Shown: positions 1 to 10,500 of the stretch, piece by piece
Numbering within the stretch: position 1 is the first letter of the stretch
Layout of the letters: each line of letters begins with the position of its first letter
Assembly: GCA_045803545.1 (NCBI GenBank)
Contig: JBJMOW010000005.1
Span: 416,001 to 480,000, forward strand
DNA from: Gemmatimonadaceae bacterium
Lineage (GTDB): Bacteria; Gemmatimonadota; Gemmatimonadetes; Gemmatimonadales; Gemmatimonadaceae
Direction: 5' to 3'
DNA: 64,000 nucleotides
Notes under the pieces: generated by a model
What the model was told of the DNA's origin: nothing
The model's input: the letters and a program-made list of their open reading frames with translations, nothing else
The model's database searches: none
Made by a program: the position numbers and the translations under genes

Positions 1-1036
1 CCCGAAGTGGTAAGGGGACCTCTCGACCGGTCCTGGCCGACTCGTAAATGCCCAGAATCAGCTCCAAAGACTTCCGACCCGCCCGCCCATCGGTGTCCGG
101 TTTTGCTTCGCCGCGCAGCACTGCCAGGACGTTTCGATAGTATCCCTGGTGGCCCAGCCCATAAACGTTGGGGGGATTGGTCTCCACTGCCTCGATCAGC
201 TTGTCGTCATCGTCGTACTCGGCGAACTGCCAGAAGTCCACTTTGTTGACGGCCGTTCCGCCAATCTTCACCGAGCCTTTCTCGCCAAGGATTGTGATCG
301 AGCCTTCCAGATTGCGCGGGTAGGCCAGCATCGTCACTTCAATCGATCCGAGAGCGCCAGACCGGAATTTGAGCAAGGCAACCCCGGTGTCCTCCGTCTC
401 GATCCGTCGCGCCAGGGTCGCCGTTTTCGCCATCACGGACTCAACCGGTCCCATCAGCCACTGAATCAAATCGACGTAGTGCGATGCCTGGTTCATGAAA
501 GCGCCGCCGTCGAACTCCCACGTCCCCCGCCACGGTGCCTGGTCGTAGTACTCTTGCGGCCTTGCCCAATGCACCGTGCAGCTCGCCATGTAAATCCGTC
601 CAAAGCGATTCTTGTCGATCGCGTGCTTGAGCAATTGGATCGGCGCGTTAAGCCTGTTCTGTTTCACGACGAATAGCTGCACACCGGCCTTGTCGCACGC
701 CTGGACTAGCGAATCGGCGCCCGTGAGCGAGATCGCCATCGGCTTCTCCATCACCACGTGCTTGCCGGCTTTTGCCGCCGCGATACCCTGATCGGTATGA
801 AGGCCCGACGGCGTCGCAATCGTGATCACGTCGGCGTTAGTGTCCTTCAGCATTTTCTCGTACGACGAGTAGCACGCGACGCCGCGCTCAGTGGCCGCCT
901 GCTCGGCCCGCGCCGGATCGACGTCACATACCGCGACCAGCTCGAGACCATCGATTTTCTCGATCGCGTCGAAGTGATTCTTGCTGATGCGACCGCAGCC
1001 GGCCAAGGCAATGCGAAAATTCTTTTCGGAAGACAC
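1..1036 (-). CDS. Gfo/Idh/MocA NAD-dependent oxidoreductase, WlbA/WbpB-like UDP-GlcNAcA 3-dehydrogenase; 3' end runs off the window
   Basis: Not in the ORF track. Manual translation from GTG 1036 (TAGTG overlap with the upstream stop) gives [21 protein letters not shown]...HVVMEKPMA...WRGTWEFDGGAFMNQASHYVD: Rossmann GxGxxS and EKP motifs. Adjacent to a WbpD-like acetyltransferase. Confidence 0.88.
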   Translation of the reverse strand, partial: MSSEKNFRIALAGCGRISKNHFDAIEKIDGLELVAVCDVDPARAEQAATERGVACYSSYEKMLKDTNADVITIATPSGLHTDQGIAAAKAGKHVVMEKPMAISLTGADSLVQACDKAGVQLFVVKQNRLNAPIQLLKHAIDKNRFGRIYMASCTVHWARPQEYYDQAPWRGTWEFDGGAFMNQASHYVDLIQWLMGPVESVMAKTATLARRIETEDTGVALLKFRSGALGSIEVTMLAYPRNLEGSITILGEKGSVKIGGTAVNKVDFWQFAEYDDDDKLIEAVETNPPNVYGLGHQGYYRNVLAVLRGEAKPDTDGRAGRKSLELILGIYESARTGREVPLPLR

Positions 1037-1605
1037 TATGACGCTCTCCGCAATCGATCTCCGTCCAGCTTATAGCGCGTGCCACAGACCTTGCACGCTT
1101 CCGGATTCTTGTCAGCCAATCGCTCGCCACACTGACACATCCAGCCGACTCTCCGCGCCGGCACCCCAAGCATCAGCGCGTAGGCAGCGACATCCTTTGT
1201 TACGACGCTTCCCGCTCCCACAAATGCGTACTCCTCGAGCGTCACGCCGCACACGATCGTTGCGTTCGCGCCGATCGTCGCACCGCGGCGAACCAGTGTC
1301 TGTTTGTACTCGTTCTTGCGCGAGACATGACTGCGCGGATTGACAACGTTGGTGAAGACCATGGATGGTCCGCAAAACACGTCGTCCTCCAGGATGACGC
1401 CTTCGTAGACCGAGACATTGTTCTGGATCTTCACGTTGTTGCCGATGCGCACGCCGTTCATCACTACCACGTTCTGACCGAGCGAACACCGCTCACCGAT
1501 CACCGCTCCACCGAGCACGTGACAGAAGTGCCAGACTTTTGTGTCGTTCCCGATCTGCGCGCCCTCGTCGACGAACGCAGATTCGTGAATGAACGCCTTG
1601 GCCAT
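1036..1605 (-). CDS. Hexapeptide-repeat N-acetyltransferase, WbpD/WlbB-like
   Basis: [41 protein letters not shown]-terminal WMCQCG...CKVCG. Start placed at ATG 1605 (TGATG overlap with carB stop). Confidence 0.9.
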   Translation of the reverse strand: MAKAFIHESAFVDEGAQIGNDTKVWHFCHVLGGAVIGERCSLGQNVVVMNGVRIGNNVKIQNNVSVYEGVILEDDVFCGPSMVFTNVVNPRSHVSRKNEYKQTLVRRGATIGANATIVCGVTLEEYAFVGAGSVVTKDVAAYALMLGVPARRVGWMCQCGERLADKNPEACKVCGTRYKLDGDRLRRAS

Positions 1606-4600
1606 CAGACGCTGGCTTCCCGGGGGATACGCGCGTGCCACTCTTGGAGAGACAGCACCGACGGCGCGCGCGAGCGCAACGCGAGGATGGCATCACACGC
1701 CGCGTTTGCCGCGGATAGCGTCGTCGTATACGCAACGCGATTCGCGATCGCCGCCTGTCGCATGGTGTAGTCGTCGCGCTGCGATTCCTTGCCAAGCGGG
1801 GTGTTGATCAGGAGTTTGATCTCTCCGTTCAGCATCAGGTCGACACCGTTGGGCCGACCCTCAAAAATCTTCAGCACGCTCTCGGCGGGAATGCCACGTG
1901 CCCGCAGGTATTTCGCCGTACCGGCGGTAGCGACGAGACGGAAGCCCATCTCGTAGAAGCGACGCGCGATTGGTGTGATACCGCGCTTGTCGGAATCGTT
2001 GACGGTGATGAAGATCGCGCCCTGGGTCGGAAGGATATTGTCCGCTGCCAACTGCGCCTTGAAGAAAGCTGCGCCGAACGAGTCGGAAATCCCCATTACT
2101 TCACCGGTCGAACGCATCTCCGGACCGAGAATCGGATCGAACTCCCGGAACTTGTTGAACGGGAAGACCGCTTCTTTCACCGAGATGTAGGCGGGCGCCA
2201 CTTCTTCTGTGAAACCGATTTCCTCGAGCGATTCGCCGAGCATTACCCGGGCGGCGTATGCGGCGAGCGGAACACCAATCGCCTTCGACACAAAAGGCAC
2301 CGTGCGGCTACCGCGCGGGTTCACTTCCAGCACGTAGACCTGTCCGTCTTTGACCGCGTACTGGACGTTGATGAGTCCGACAACGTTGAGCGCCTTCGCC
2401 AAGGCGACCGTGTGCTCGCGCATCTCCTGAATGTCTTCTTCGTCGATCAGGTACGGGGGCAGCACGCACGCGGAATCGCCGGAATGAATACCGGCATCCT
2501 CGATGTGCTGCATCACACCTCCGATGACGACGCGCTCGCCATCGCAGATCGCATCGACGTCGGCTTCGAACGCATCTTCCAGAAAACGGTCGATCAGTAC
2601 TGGCTTATCTTCCGAAACCCGCGCTGCGCGCTCGAAATAATCCTCGAGCGAGGCTTCGTCGTAAACAATTTCCATGGCGCGTCCGCCGAGCACATAAGAC
2701 GGTCGGACGAGCACCGGATAGCCAATCCTTCGAGCGGCCTTTACGGCTTCGTCGAGATTCGTCGCCGTTCCGTTCTCCGGTTGGCGAATGTCGAGGCTCC
2801 GCGCGATGGCGTCGAATCGTCGGCGATCTTCGGCAATGTCGATTGAATCCGGCTGGGTGCCGAGGATGTTCACACCCGCTTCGGCGAGGCCATTGGTCAG
2901 CTTTAGCGGAGTCTGGCCTCCGAGCTGGACGATGACACCGAGCGGCTGCTCGCGATCGACAATGTCCAGCACGTGCTCCAGAGTGAGCGGCTCGAAGTAA
3001 AGCTTGTCGGAAATGTCGAAGTCAGTGGAGACGGTCTCGGGATTCGAGTTGATCATGATCGTCTCGTATCCCTGCTCGCGCAGCGCGAGGGCAGCGCGTA
3101 CGCAGCAGTAATCGAACTCGACTCCCTGGCCAATTCGATTGGGCCCGCTGCCGAGGATGACGACTGATTTCTTGCCGGTCCTGGGTGCTTCGCTCTCTTC
3201 GTCGTAGCTGCTATACAGGTATGGAGTCGCCGACGGGAACTCGCCAGCGCAAGTGTCCACCATCTTGTACGCAGGCGTAACTCCGAACCCGATCCGGCGT
3301 GCGCGTGCGGCTTTTTCTGTTTCGCCACGCAAATCACCGAGCTGTTTGTCCGAGAAGCCCATGCGCTTCATCCGCCACAGCGCATCCTTGTCGATGGTCT
3401 TGAGCTCGGCGAACGCGCGCTCCGCGTCCAGCAATTCTTGCAGCTGGGAGAGGAACCACTTATCGATCCAGGTCAGCTCATACACCTCGTCGATCGACAT
3501 CCCTGCCTGCAACGCGCGCTTGATCTGGAAGATTCTTTCCGGAGTTGCCTGTCGTAGCGCAGCGCGCAGAATCTCGAGCGATTCATCGACGAGCCGGTCG
3601 TCGGCGGGCGATGCCGTCGTCCAGCCGGGCCGACCGATTTCCAGCGCGCGGAGCGCCTTCTGGAATGCTTCCTTGAAGGTGCGGCCGATCGCCATCGACT
3701 CGCCGACGGATTTCATCTGCGTCGTAAGTCGAGGATCGGCGGCGCGGAACTTCTCGAACGCGAAGCGGGGACATTTCACCACCACGTAGTCGAGAACCGG
3801 CTCGAAGGACGCGGGGGTGGTACCCGTAATGTCGTTCGGGATCTCGTCGAGACGGTAACCGACAGCGAGCTTGGTGCCGATGCGTGCGATTGGGAATCCT
3901 GTCGCCTTCGACGCCAGTGCCGAGGAGCGCGAGACGCGAGGGTTCATTTCGATCACCAGCATCTCACCGTCTTCCGGATTGATCGCGAACTGGATGTTGC
4001 AGCCGCCCGCCTCGACGCCGATCTCGCGAATGACGGCGACGGCTGCATCGCGCATGAGCTGATACTCGCGGTCGGTAAGCGTCATCGCCGGCGCGACGGT
4101 TATCGAATCGCCGGTGTGAATTCCCATCGGATCGATGTTCTCGATCGAGCAGACAATGACGACGTTGTCAGCCCCGTCGCGCATCACCTCGAGCTCGAAC
4201 TCCTTCCAGCCGATCACGCTTCGCTCGACGAGAACCTGGGTCACCGGCGAGAGGTCGAGCCCGCGGCGAGCGATGTCCTCGAATTCCTGACGATTATAGG
4301 CGATGCCGCCGCCACTGCCGCCGAGGGTGAACGCTGGACGGATGATCGCGGGAAATCCGGTGAGCTCGAGAATCTCACAGGCCTGCTGCAGCGTCGTCGC
4401 AATCCCGCCCTCGGCGCACACCAGGCCGATTCGCTTCATCGCATCGGCGAATTGTTTGCGATCCTCAGCCATTGCGATCGCGCGCGCATCGGCGCCGATG
4501 AGCTCGACGCCGTAATTATCCAGCACGCCGCGCTCATCGAGCTTCATCGCCACGTTGAGCGCGGTTTGCCCACCCATCGTCGGCAGCAGTGCGTCGGGCC

Positions 4601-4844
4601 GCTCCTTGGCGATCACCAGCTCGACGTACTCGGCCGTCACTGGCTCGATGTAGGTACGATCCGCGAACTCGGGATCCGTCATGATGGTGGCCGGATTGGA
4701 ATTCACCAGCACTACTTCAAACCCTTCTTCGCGCAATGCCTTGGCCGCCTGGGTTCCCGAATAATCGAACTCAGCCCCCTGCCCGATCACGATTGGGCCG
4801 GACCCGATGACGAGGATTTTGCGGAGGTCGGTACGCTTAGGCAT
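1605..4844 (-). CDS. carB: Carbamoyl-phosphate synthase large subunit
   Basis: 1079 aa; [30 protein letters not shown], duplicated ATP-grasp halves, C-terminal MGS domain. Confidence 0.98.
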   Translation of the reverse strand: MPKRTDLRKILVIGSGPIVIGQGAEFDYSGTQAAKALREEGFEVVLVNSNPATIMTDPEFADRTYIEPVTAEYVELVIAKERPDALLPTMGGQTALNVAMKLDERGVLDNYGVELIGADARAIAMAEDRKQFADAMKRIGLVCAEGGIATTLQQACEILELTGFPAIIRPAFTLGGSGGGIAYNRQEFEDIARRGLDLSPVTQVLVERSVIGWKEFELEVMRDGADNVVIVCSIENIDPMGIHTGDSITVAPAMTLTDREYQLMRDAAVAVIREIGVEAGGCNIQFAINPEDGEMLVIEMNPRVSRSSALASKATGFPIARIGTKLAVGYRLDEIPNDITGTTPASFEPVLDYVVVKCPRFAFEKFRAADPRLTTQMKSVGESMAIGRTFKEAFQKALRALEIGRPGWTTASPADDRLVDESLEILRAALRQATPERIFQIKRALQAGMSIDEVYELTWIDKWFLSQLQELLDAERAFAELKTIDKDALWRMKRMGFSDKQLGDLRGETEKAARARRIGFGVTPAYKMVDTCAGEFPSATPYLYSSYDEESEAPRTGKKSVVILGSGPNRIGQGVEFDYCCVRAALALREQGYETIMINSNPETVSTDFDISDKLYFEPLTLEHVLDIVDREQPLGVIVQLGGQTPLKLTNGLAEAGVNILGTQPDSIDIAEDRRRFDAIARSLDIRQPENGTATNLDEAVKAARRIGYPVLVRPSYVLGGRAMEIVYDEASLEDYFERAARVSEDKPVLIDRFLEDAFEADVDAICDGERVVIGGVMQHIEDAGIHSGDSACVLPPYLIDEEDIQEMREHTVALAKALNVVGLINVQYAVKDGQVYVLEVNPRGSRTVPFVSKAIGVPLAAYAARVMLGESLEEIGFTEEVAPAYISVKEAVFPFNKFREFDPILGPEMRSTGEVMGISDSFGAAFFKAQLAADNILPTQGAIFITVNDSDKRGITPIARRFYEMGFRLVATAGTAKYLRARGIPAESVLKIFEGRPNGVDLMLNGEIKLLINTPLGKESQRDDYTMRQAAIANRVAYTTTLSAANAACDAILALRSRAPSVLSLQEWHARIPREASV

Positions 4845-4873
4845 TCAAATTCGAGATTCGATCACAATCAAAA

Positions 4874-6169
4874 CTAACGTCGTCTGCTGCAATCGTCGGG
4901 GCGAACCTCGCATCCCCACGGCGCGGGGTCAGACTTGCGTGCCGGTCGATTCGCTGTCGTGACATAGGCGCTGTCCTCGGTCATGAGAAAGCTCCGCACG
5001 TATGGTTTTCCGTAGACCACAGGTCGCATGGAAAGGGAAAAGGTCCGCACAGGCTTCCGTTGGGAACTGCGCGGTGAGGCGTAAATCAGTCGATACGGTG
5101 TCCCATCACGAAGGTGCACAACGCTCGTATCACCATGCAAACGACACCCAACGTCCTTGGGAAGATGCAGTGGATACTCGGTCCACTCGCTGACTGTTTC
5201 GCTACTGATGCAACCGCGAATGTACGCGAGGTCGAGGAAAACACTGTCGACCAGCAAAGCTGGCATTGCCGAGGACGGGGTCACCGTCCTGAGTGGGATA
5301 TCGTCGATTTCCCGAAGCAAGATCCCCGTCTCATCGGTCATATACTTTGTCGGTGCGTACTCGCCAGCCGTAGCGACGGCGAAAAAGCCACCCTCCTTAT
5401 TCGGCAGAATTTCCAGAATGACGTTCTGATTCTTGAGGGCCGTCACCAGCGAGTCGACGCAGTTCGTGTGAACGCAGATGTGCAGACTGGTACGCGCCGC
5501 TTCAAGCGCAATTGCAGTTCGTTTATCGACCTCGACGCTCTCGGCCTTCGCTCTCGTTTCATTCTCGACCATCGATTTCTGAATATCTCGTTGTTCAGTG
5601 GCAGCCAGGCCCGAGTTGATGTGCACGAAAATGAACACCGGCAGCAACAGCGTTGCATACCCGAACCCACCAGCCATTCTCGCGTCACGCGCACCGTCGG
5701 GAGCCAAAGCTCGCCGTGCGCAATACCTCAACGCGAACTGGACGACGAAGAGCGCGAGTAGCGCCGACAACCCCGCGCCCTGGAGCTGGCCGGCGATGTC
5801 ACCCATGACCATCCCGACGTACCCCAGCGGGCTGGGGGTCATCATCAGGAGCAACAACAACCCCAGTCCACTTGCGATGGTAACGAACAGGATTCCGACG
5901 ATCGACGCGCGCGAAAGTGCTTTGGCGAATTCGAAAAGGAGTTGAGGCGGGTTGGGCAGCAAGGAGAGCACTACTATCAAGGCGTAGGGAGCGGCAAGGA
6001 CCGCCGTGTACAAGACCGCGGCCAGACTGTCGGGCCTTCCGCGCTCCACACTCTGCGGATCCCCGTGTGCGACATAGATGGCGCACATCACAACGAGCAG
6101 GAGCACCGACACCATCGACCAGAGTGCGACCTGGGTTTTGCTGGAAAGCACTGGCGGTGGCGCGGTCAT
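4874..6169 (-). CDS. Hypothetical membrane protein (about 5 TM helices plus a soluble C-terminal region)
   Basis: 431-aa ORF fills the carB-rpmB gap; hydrophobic N-terminal half. Start is uncertain because the ATG abuts a terminator. Confidence 0.7.
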   Translation of the reverse strand: MTAPPPVLSSKTQVALWSMVSVLLLVVMCAIYVAHGDPQSVERGRPDSLAAVLYTAVLAAPYALIVVLSLLPNPPQLLFEFAKALSRASIVGILFVTIASGLGLLLLLMMTPSPLGYVGMVMGDIAGQLQGAGLSALLALFVVQFALRYCARRALAPDGARDARMAGGFGYATLLLPVFIFVHINSGLAATEQRDIQKSMVENETRAKAESVEVDKRTAIALEAARTSLHICVHTNCVDSLVTALKNQNVILEILPNKEGGFFAVATAGEYAPTKYMTDETGILLREIDDIPLRTVTPSSAMPALLVDSVFLDLAYIRGCISSETVSEWTEYPLHLPKDVGCRLHGDTSVVHLRDGTPYRLIYASPRSSQRKPVRTFSLSMRPVVYGKPYVRSFLMTEDSAYVTTANRPARKSDPAPWGCEVRPDDCSRRR

Positions 6170-6170
6170 A

Positions 6171-6198
6171 AGAAAAAGGGCGCCTCTAGGGCGCCCTT
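6171..6198 (-). terminator. Intrinsic terminator after rpmB
   Basis: AAGGGCGCC-5nt-GGCGCCCTT stem followed by a T-tract on the minus strand. Confidence 0.75.
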
Positions 6199-6229
6199 CT
6201 CGGCGAGTTTATAGAAACCCACGCTACCC

Positions 6230-6451
6230 CTACGCAGCGCTCTTTCCTCTCGGCGCGCGCTGAATCTTTCCAGCGTGGAGGCAGCGAGTGCAAACCTTCA
6301 CTTTGGTAATTTTCCCATCTATGACGATGCGCGCGACCTGAAGATTCGGCTTCCAGGTGCGACGCGTCTTATTGTTCGCGTGCGAGACGTTGTTGCCGTA
6401 AGCGACACCTTTGTCACAGACGTAGCAGCGATTTCTCTTGATCTGCGCCAT
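6230..6451 (-). CDS. rpmB: 50S ribosomal protein L28
   Basis: [30 protein letters not shown]...VCTRCL. Confidence 0.96.
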   Translation of the reverse strand: MAQIKRNRCYVCDKGVAYGNNVSHANNKTRRTWKPNLQVARIVIDGKITKVKVCTRCLHAGKIQRAPRGKSAA

Positions 6452-6454
6452 GGT

Positions 6455-6817
6455 TTAGCCCTCCGCCGCGATGAGCTCGATGCGCGCCATTTCCGCGCCA
6501 TCGCCCTTGCGATGACCGGTCTTGAGAATGCGCGTGTACCCGCCCTTTCTCGTAGCGAATCGCGGCGCGACATCCTTGAACAATTTGTCGGCAGTCTCGC
6601 GATGCGGGACGTGACGACCGGTGAGACGGCGGCTGTGCAGCGTTCCCGTCTTTGCCTTCGTGATCAGCTTCTCGACGAACGGACGAAGCTCCTTCGCTTT
6701 CGCCTCCGTCGTCTCGATCGCGCCACGCTCGATGAGCGCCTTCGCCAGGCCTCTCATCAGCGCGAGCTTTTGCTCGCTGGTGCGACGAAGCTGCTTGCCT
6801 TTCTTGCGGTGACGCAT
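6455..6817 (-). CDS. rplQ: 50S ribosomal protein L17
   Basis: MRHRKKGKQLRRT...IETTEAKAKELR...GGYTRILK. Confidence 0.97.
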   Translation of the reverse strand: MRHRKKGKQLRRTSEQKLALMRGLAKALIERGAIETTEAKAKELRPFVEKLITKAKTGTLHSRRLTGRHVPHRETADKLFKDVAPRFATRKGGYTRILKTGHRKGDGAEMARIELIAAEG

Positions 6818-6819
6818 TC

Positions 6820-7896
6820 TTAGCCTTCCTCTTCCTCGTCGGCACCGACGGTGGCGACGTTGCGATTCGGCGGCGTGCCCTGATCGGTGATGCGGACTCC
6901 GTCAGGCGTGTCCTCGTACTTCATGCCGAAGTTGAGGTTCTCGCGCTCGAGCAAATCAGCGATTTCGTTCAGCGACTTCTTGCCGAAGTTCTTGACCTGA
7001 AGGATCTGGCTCTCACTCTGACGGACCAGATCACCAAGTGTGCGAATGTTGGAGTTCTTGAGCGAATTCACCGAGCGAACGGAGAGCTCGAAATCTTCGA
7101 TCGGGGTGCGAAGCAGCTCGCCAAGACGATGCGCGTCACCACCCGACATCTCGGTGCCCGGGGTGAGCGGCGCCGAAGCGTGCGACCCGAAGCCCGCGAA
7201 ATACTGGAAGTGAGTCTGCGCCAGCGCGGCAGCGTAGCTCACTGCCTCTTCCGGCGTGATGGTGCCGTTGGTCTCGACAGTCAGGGTCAACCGATCGTAG
7301 TCGGTGCGCTGGCCAACGCGTGTCTCGGCGACAGCGAAGTTGGCGCGCCGAACCGGGTTGTAGATCGAATCGATTCTCACGACATCGACCGGCAAAGTCT
7401 TGTCGACGACGTGCTGATCGGACTCGACGTAGCCGCGTCCGCGACCGACGTAGAGCTCGACGTTGATCTCGCGATCACCTTGCAGCGTGAACAGCTGGTG
7501 ATTGCGATCGACGATCGTGACACCGCTCTGATTCTCGATGTCCTGCGCGGTGACAGGGCCAGCCGAGCTGCGTGAGATGCGAAGCACGGTGTTCTCGACG
7601 CCTTCATCGAGCGAGAGCGTCAGCGACTTGAGATTGCCGATGATCTGATGGACATCCTCGACCACGCCCGGAATGGTCTGGTGCTCGTGGAGCACGCCGT
7701 CGATGCGGAATCCCCACACTGCCGACCCGCGGAGCGAAGACAGAAGGAGACGCCGCATGGCGTTTCCGAGGGTGTGTCCGAAGCCGCGCTCCAGCGGCTG
7801 AAGTCTGAATTCTGCGACGTTGGGATTGTCTTCGCGCTTGGTGGCTTCGACCAGCTGCGGACGGACAAGCCCTCTGAGATCAATTGCGGTTGCCAT
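6820..7896 (-). CDS. rpoA: RNA polymerase alpha subunit
   Basis: PLERGFGHTLGNAMRRLLLSS, ELSVRSVNSLK, NFGKKSLNEI. Start placed at ATG 7896 after AAGGA. Confidence 0.97.
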   Translation of the reverse strand: MATAIDLRGLVRPQLVEATKREDNPNVAEFRLQPLERGFGHTLGNAMRRLLLSSLRGSAVWGFRIDGVLHEHQTIPGVVEDVHQIIGNLKSLTLSLDEGVENTVLRISRSSAGPVTAQDIENQSGVTIVDRNHQLFTLQGDREINVELYVGRGRGYVESDQHVVDKTLPVDVVRIDSIYNPVRRANFAVAETRVGQRTDYDRLTLTVETNGTITPEEAVSYAAALAQTHFQYFAGFGSHASAPLTPGTEMSGGDAHRLGELLRTPIEDFELSVRSVNSLKNSNIRTLGDLVRQSESQILQVKNFGKKSLNEIADLLERENLNFGMKYEDTPDGVRITDQGTPPNRNVATVGADEEEEG

Positions 7897-7974
7897 TTTC
7901 TGTTTTTTCCTTAAACAAGCCACCCCGCCCCTAACGCGCGGTGAGCCCGTAACGGGAGTTAGGGTCCCGATGAA

Positions 7975-8050
7975 CTTCTGCGAACTGCGAGCTAACTAAT
8001 CATTGCGAGCTGCGAACTAACTGCGAGCTAGGCGCTTCCCGCTTCCCGCT
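7975..8050. repeat. Short 7-bp repeat cluster in the rpsD-rpoA spacer (TGCGAAC/TGCGAGC units, then GCTTCCC x2)
   Basis: Read directly: tgcgaac tgcgagc ... tgcgagc tgcgaac taac tgcgagc taggc gcttccc gcttccc gct. Confidence 0.7.
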
Positions 8051-8681
8051 ACTTCGAATACAACTCCACCACCAATTGCTCCTGAGCAGCAATTGGAATA
8101 TTCGGTCTGGTCGGACGCTCCAGCATCTTGCCGCTGAAGGTGTCGCGATCGACTGCGATCCATGATAGCGGAGCGCCGCGGCTCGACTGATCCATCGCTG
8201 CCATCACGCTCGCCTGCTCGCGTGACTTCATGCGGACGCGGATCTCCTGACCCGGCTCCACCAAATAGCTCGGGATGTCGACGGATTTCTGGTTTATCTC
8301 GACGTGACGGTGACGAACGAGCTGGCGCGCTGCCTTGCGGCTGCCCGCGAATCCCATGCGATACACGACGTTGTCGAGACGCGACTCCAGCGCCGCAAGA
8401 AGATTGTGTCCTGTAATCCCCGGCAGCGGCGCGACGCGCTCGAAGGTGTTCCGGAACTGTCTCTCGCTGACGCCGTAAATGCGCTTGATCTTCTGCTTCT
8501 CGCGCAGCTGCTTCGAGTACTCCGACATCTTGCGACGACGTGCGGTCGACGTTCCGTGCTGACCGGGAGGCGTCGGACGACGCTCGACCGGGCACTTCTC
8601 GGTGAAGCATTTGGTCGCCTTCAGGAACAGCTTCGTTCCTTCGCGACGGCACTGTCTGCAGCTCGCATCCGTATAGCGCAT
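8049..8681 (-). CDS. rpsD: 30S ribosomal protein S4
   Basis: CRQCRREGTKLFLK, QLREKQKIKRIYG, LESRLDNVVYRMGF. Confidence 0.97.
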   Translation of the reverse strand: MRYTDASCRQCRREGTKLFLKATKCFTEKCPVERRPTPPGQHGTSTARRRKMSEYSKQLREKQKIKRIYGVSERQFRNTFERVAPLPGITGHNLLAALESRLDNVVYRMGFAGSRKAARQLVRHRHVEINQKSVDIPSYLVEPGQEIRVRMKSREQASVMAAMDQSSRGAPLSWIAVDRDTFSGKMLERPTRPNIPIAAQEQLVVELYSK

Positions 8682-8684
8682 CGG

Positions 8685-9062
8685 TTAGACCCTCCGACGC
8701 TTGGGCGGGCGGCAGCCGTTGTGCGGAATCGGCGTGACGTCCTTGATCGACTTGACCTGCAAGCCAGCAGCGACGAGCGCCTGGATCGCCGACTCGCGAC
8801 CCGAGCCCGGTCCCTGCACTCTCACGTGCACGCGACGAACGCCAAGCGTGAATGCCTCGCGTCCAGCCTGCTCACCAGCGACCGTAGCAGCAAATGGGGT
8901 CGACTTCTTCGATCCCTTGAAGCCGGCCTTGCCGGACGAGCCCCACGAGATCGTGTTGCCCTTGCTGTCGGTGATGGTGATGGTGGTGTTGTTGAAAGTC
9001 GCGCTGACGTGAGCGACACCTTCAGCTTCAATTATGCGTTTGGTCTTTTTGCCAACTGCCAT
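8685..9062 (-). CDS. rpsK: 30S ribosomal protein S11
   Basis: [43 protein letters not shown]. Confidence 0.98.
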   Translation of the reverse strand: MAVGKKTKRIIEAEGVAHVSATFNNTTITITDSKGNTISWGSSGKAGFKGSKKSTPFAATVAGEQAGREAFTLGVRRVHVRVQGPGSGRESAIQALVAAGLQVKSIKDVTPIPHNGCRPPKRRRV

Positions 9063-9123
9063 CGTTATCTAGTTAACCGTTACTTGGTATATAAACCCGA
9101 CGATTGTTATCCGAAGAGCCGGG

Positions 9124-9501
9124 TTACTTGGTGACTTTCTTCTTGCCCGCGATCGCGCGGCGTGGACCCTTCTTGGTACGTGCATTGGTGTGCGTGCGCT
9201 GACCACGAACGGGCAAGCCACGGCGATGACGAATACCGCGGTAGCTCCCGATGTCCATAAGTCGCTTGATGTTCATCGCGACCTCGGTTCTCAGGGCGCC
9301 TTCGACCCGATAGTCCTTCTCGATCGCCTGACGCAGCCGATTGGTATCGGCGTCGTTCAGATCACGCACTCTCTGGTCAGCGTTGACGCCAGTGGTCTCC
9401 AGAATCTCACGCGCGGTCGCGCGGCCGATGCCGAAGATGTAGGTCAGGCCGATCTCGAGTTTCTTCTCACGCGGAAGATCGACGCCAGCAATACGCGCCA
9501 T
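9124..9501 (-). CDS. rpsM: 30S ribosomal protein S13
   Basis: [29 protein letters not shown]. Confidence 0.98.
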   Translation of the reverse strand: MARIAGVDLPREKKLEIGLTYIFGIGRATAREILETTGVNADQRVRDLNDADTNRLRQAIEKDYRVEGALRTEVAMNIKRLMDIGSYRGIRHRRGLPVRGQRTHTNARTKKGPRRAIAGKKKVTK

Positions 9502-9505
9502 TTGA

Positions 9506-9622
9506 TCAGCCCTGCTTCTGTTTGTGTTTTGGATTGCGCTTGCAGATGATGCGAGTCACGCCCTGTCTTTTGATGACCTTGCAGTGCTCACAGATCGGCT
9601 TGACGCTGCTGCGAACTTTCAC
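9506..9622 (-). CDS. rpmJ: 50S ribosomal protein L36 (Zn-ribbon form)
   Basis: Too short for the ORF track. Manual translation from [41 protein letters not shown]. Confidence 0.95.
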   Translation of the reverse strand: MKVRSSVKPICEHCKVIKRQGVTRIICKRNPKHKQKQG

Positions 9623-9688
9623 GACGAACTCCCGCTCGATAGCCGAAGGAGGGCAAAAGCCCTCCAAAAATTTCCGAGGTTAGCCTTG

Positions 9689-9717
9689 GAAAATACATTG
9701 GCTGGACAACCAATGCA
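9689..9717 (-). promoter_or_regulatory. Candidate sigma70 promoter of the rpmJ-rpmB operon
   Basis: TTGCAT-N17-TATTTC on the minus strand, about 65 nt upstream of rpmJ. Confidence 0.4.
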
Positions 9718-9746
9718 ACCCGCGGAGCGGTATCACTTTAGGGGAG

Positions 9747-10499
9747 CTAGATGGTCTTCATTACAGACCTGAGCTCCGAGGACGGGTCCTTGGCCTCGGT
9801 GATCATTCGGCCGAGCACGATGTAGTGGGCGCCGGCTCGGGCCGCCTCAGCAGCAGTGACCGTCCGCTTCTGGTCGTCAGTCTTCCCGCCAGCCGGACGG
9901 ATGCCCGGAACCAGCAGCTTCAGTTTTTCACCGTACTTGGCGCTGATTTTCTGCGCCTCCTGACCGCTGCAGACCACCCCGTGCGCACCCACCGACGCAC
10001 ACTCCCCCGCCAGGCGCAGCACTTCGCCGTAGACCTCCAGCGATTTGCGGCCCCACGCCTCGCGTAGCATCGCCGCGTCGAGAGAGGTCAGGATTGTGAC
10101 TCCCAGCACCCCGCACTTGTCGCCGGCACCCTCGACGGCCGCTGCGAGCATTTCTCGCCCGCCCGTAGCGTGTACAGTCAGCAGCTTGGCGCCAATGGTC
10201 GCCGCGCTCCTCGCCGCGCCCCGCACCGTGTTGGGGATGTCGTAGAGTTTGAGGTCCAGGAATACGTCTTTCCCGAGCGCACGCAACGTCTGGACGATCT
10301 GCGGCCCCGTCGCGGTAAATAGCTCACCTCCGACTTTGTAGAACCTGCAGGCGTCACCCAGACGCTCGACCATCGCCAGAGCGAGGTCGGCACGTGGAAA
10401 ATCGAGGGCGACTATTGGAATCGGCTTGCGCGAGGACGCTGGCGCTTCGCGCGCAGCCACCTTGGCCCTCGTTCCACCCGGTCGTTGCGCCGGCGTCAA
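9747..10499 (-). CDS. pyrF: Orotidine-5'-phosphate decarboxylase
   Basis: IVALD, VFLDLKLYDIPNT, VPGIRP, DDQKR. Confidence 0.95.
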   Translation of the reverse strand: MTPAQRPGGTRAKVAAREAPASSRKPIPIVALDFPRADLALAMVERLGDACRFYKVGGELFTATGPQIVQTLRALGKDVFLDLKLYDIPNTVRGAARSAATIGAKLLTVHATGGREMLAAAVEGAGDKCGVLGVTILTSLDAAMLREAWGRKSLEVYGEVLRLAGECASVGAHGVVCSGQEAQKISAKYGEKLKLLVPGIRPAGGKTDDQKRTVTAAEAARAGAHYIVLGRMITEAKDPSSELRSVMKTI

Positions 10500-10500
10500 C

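Noticed and set aside
7975..8050. CRISPR-like array
   Set aside because: Units are 7 nt with no unique spacers and no cas genes.
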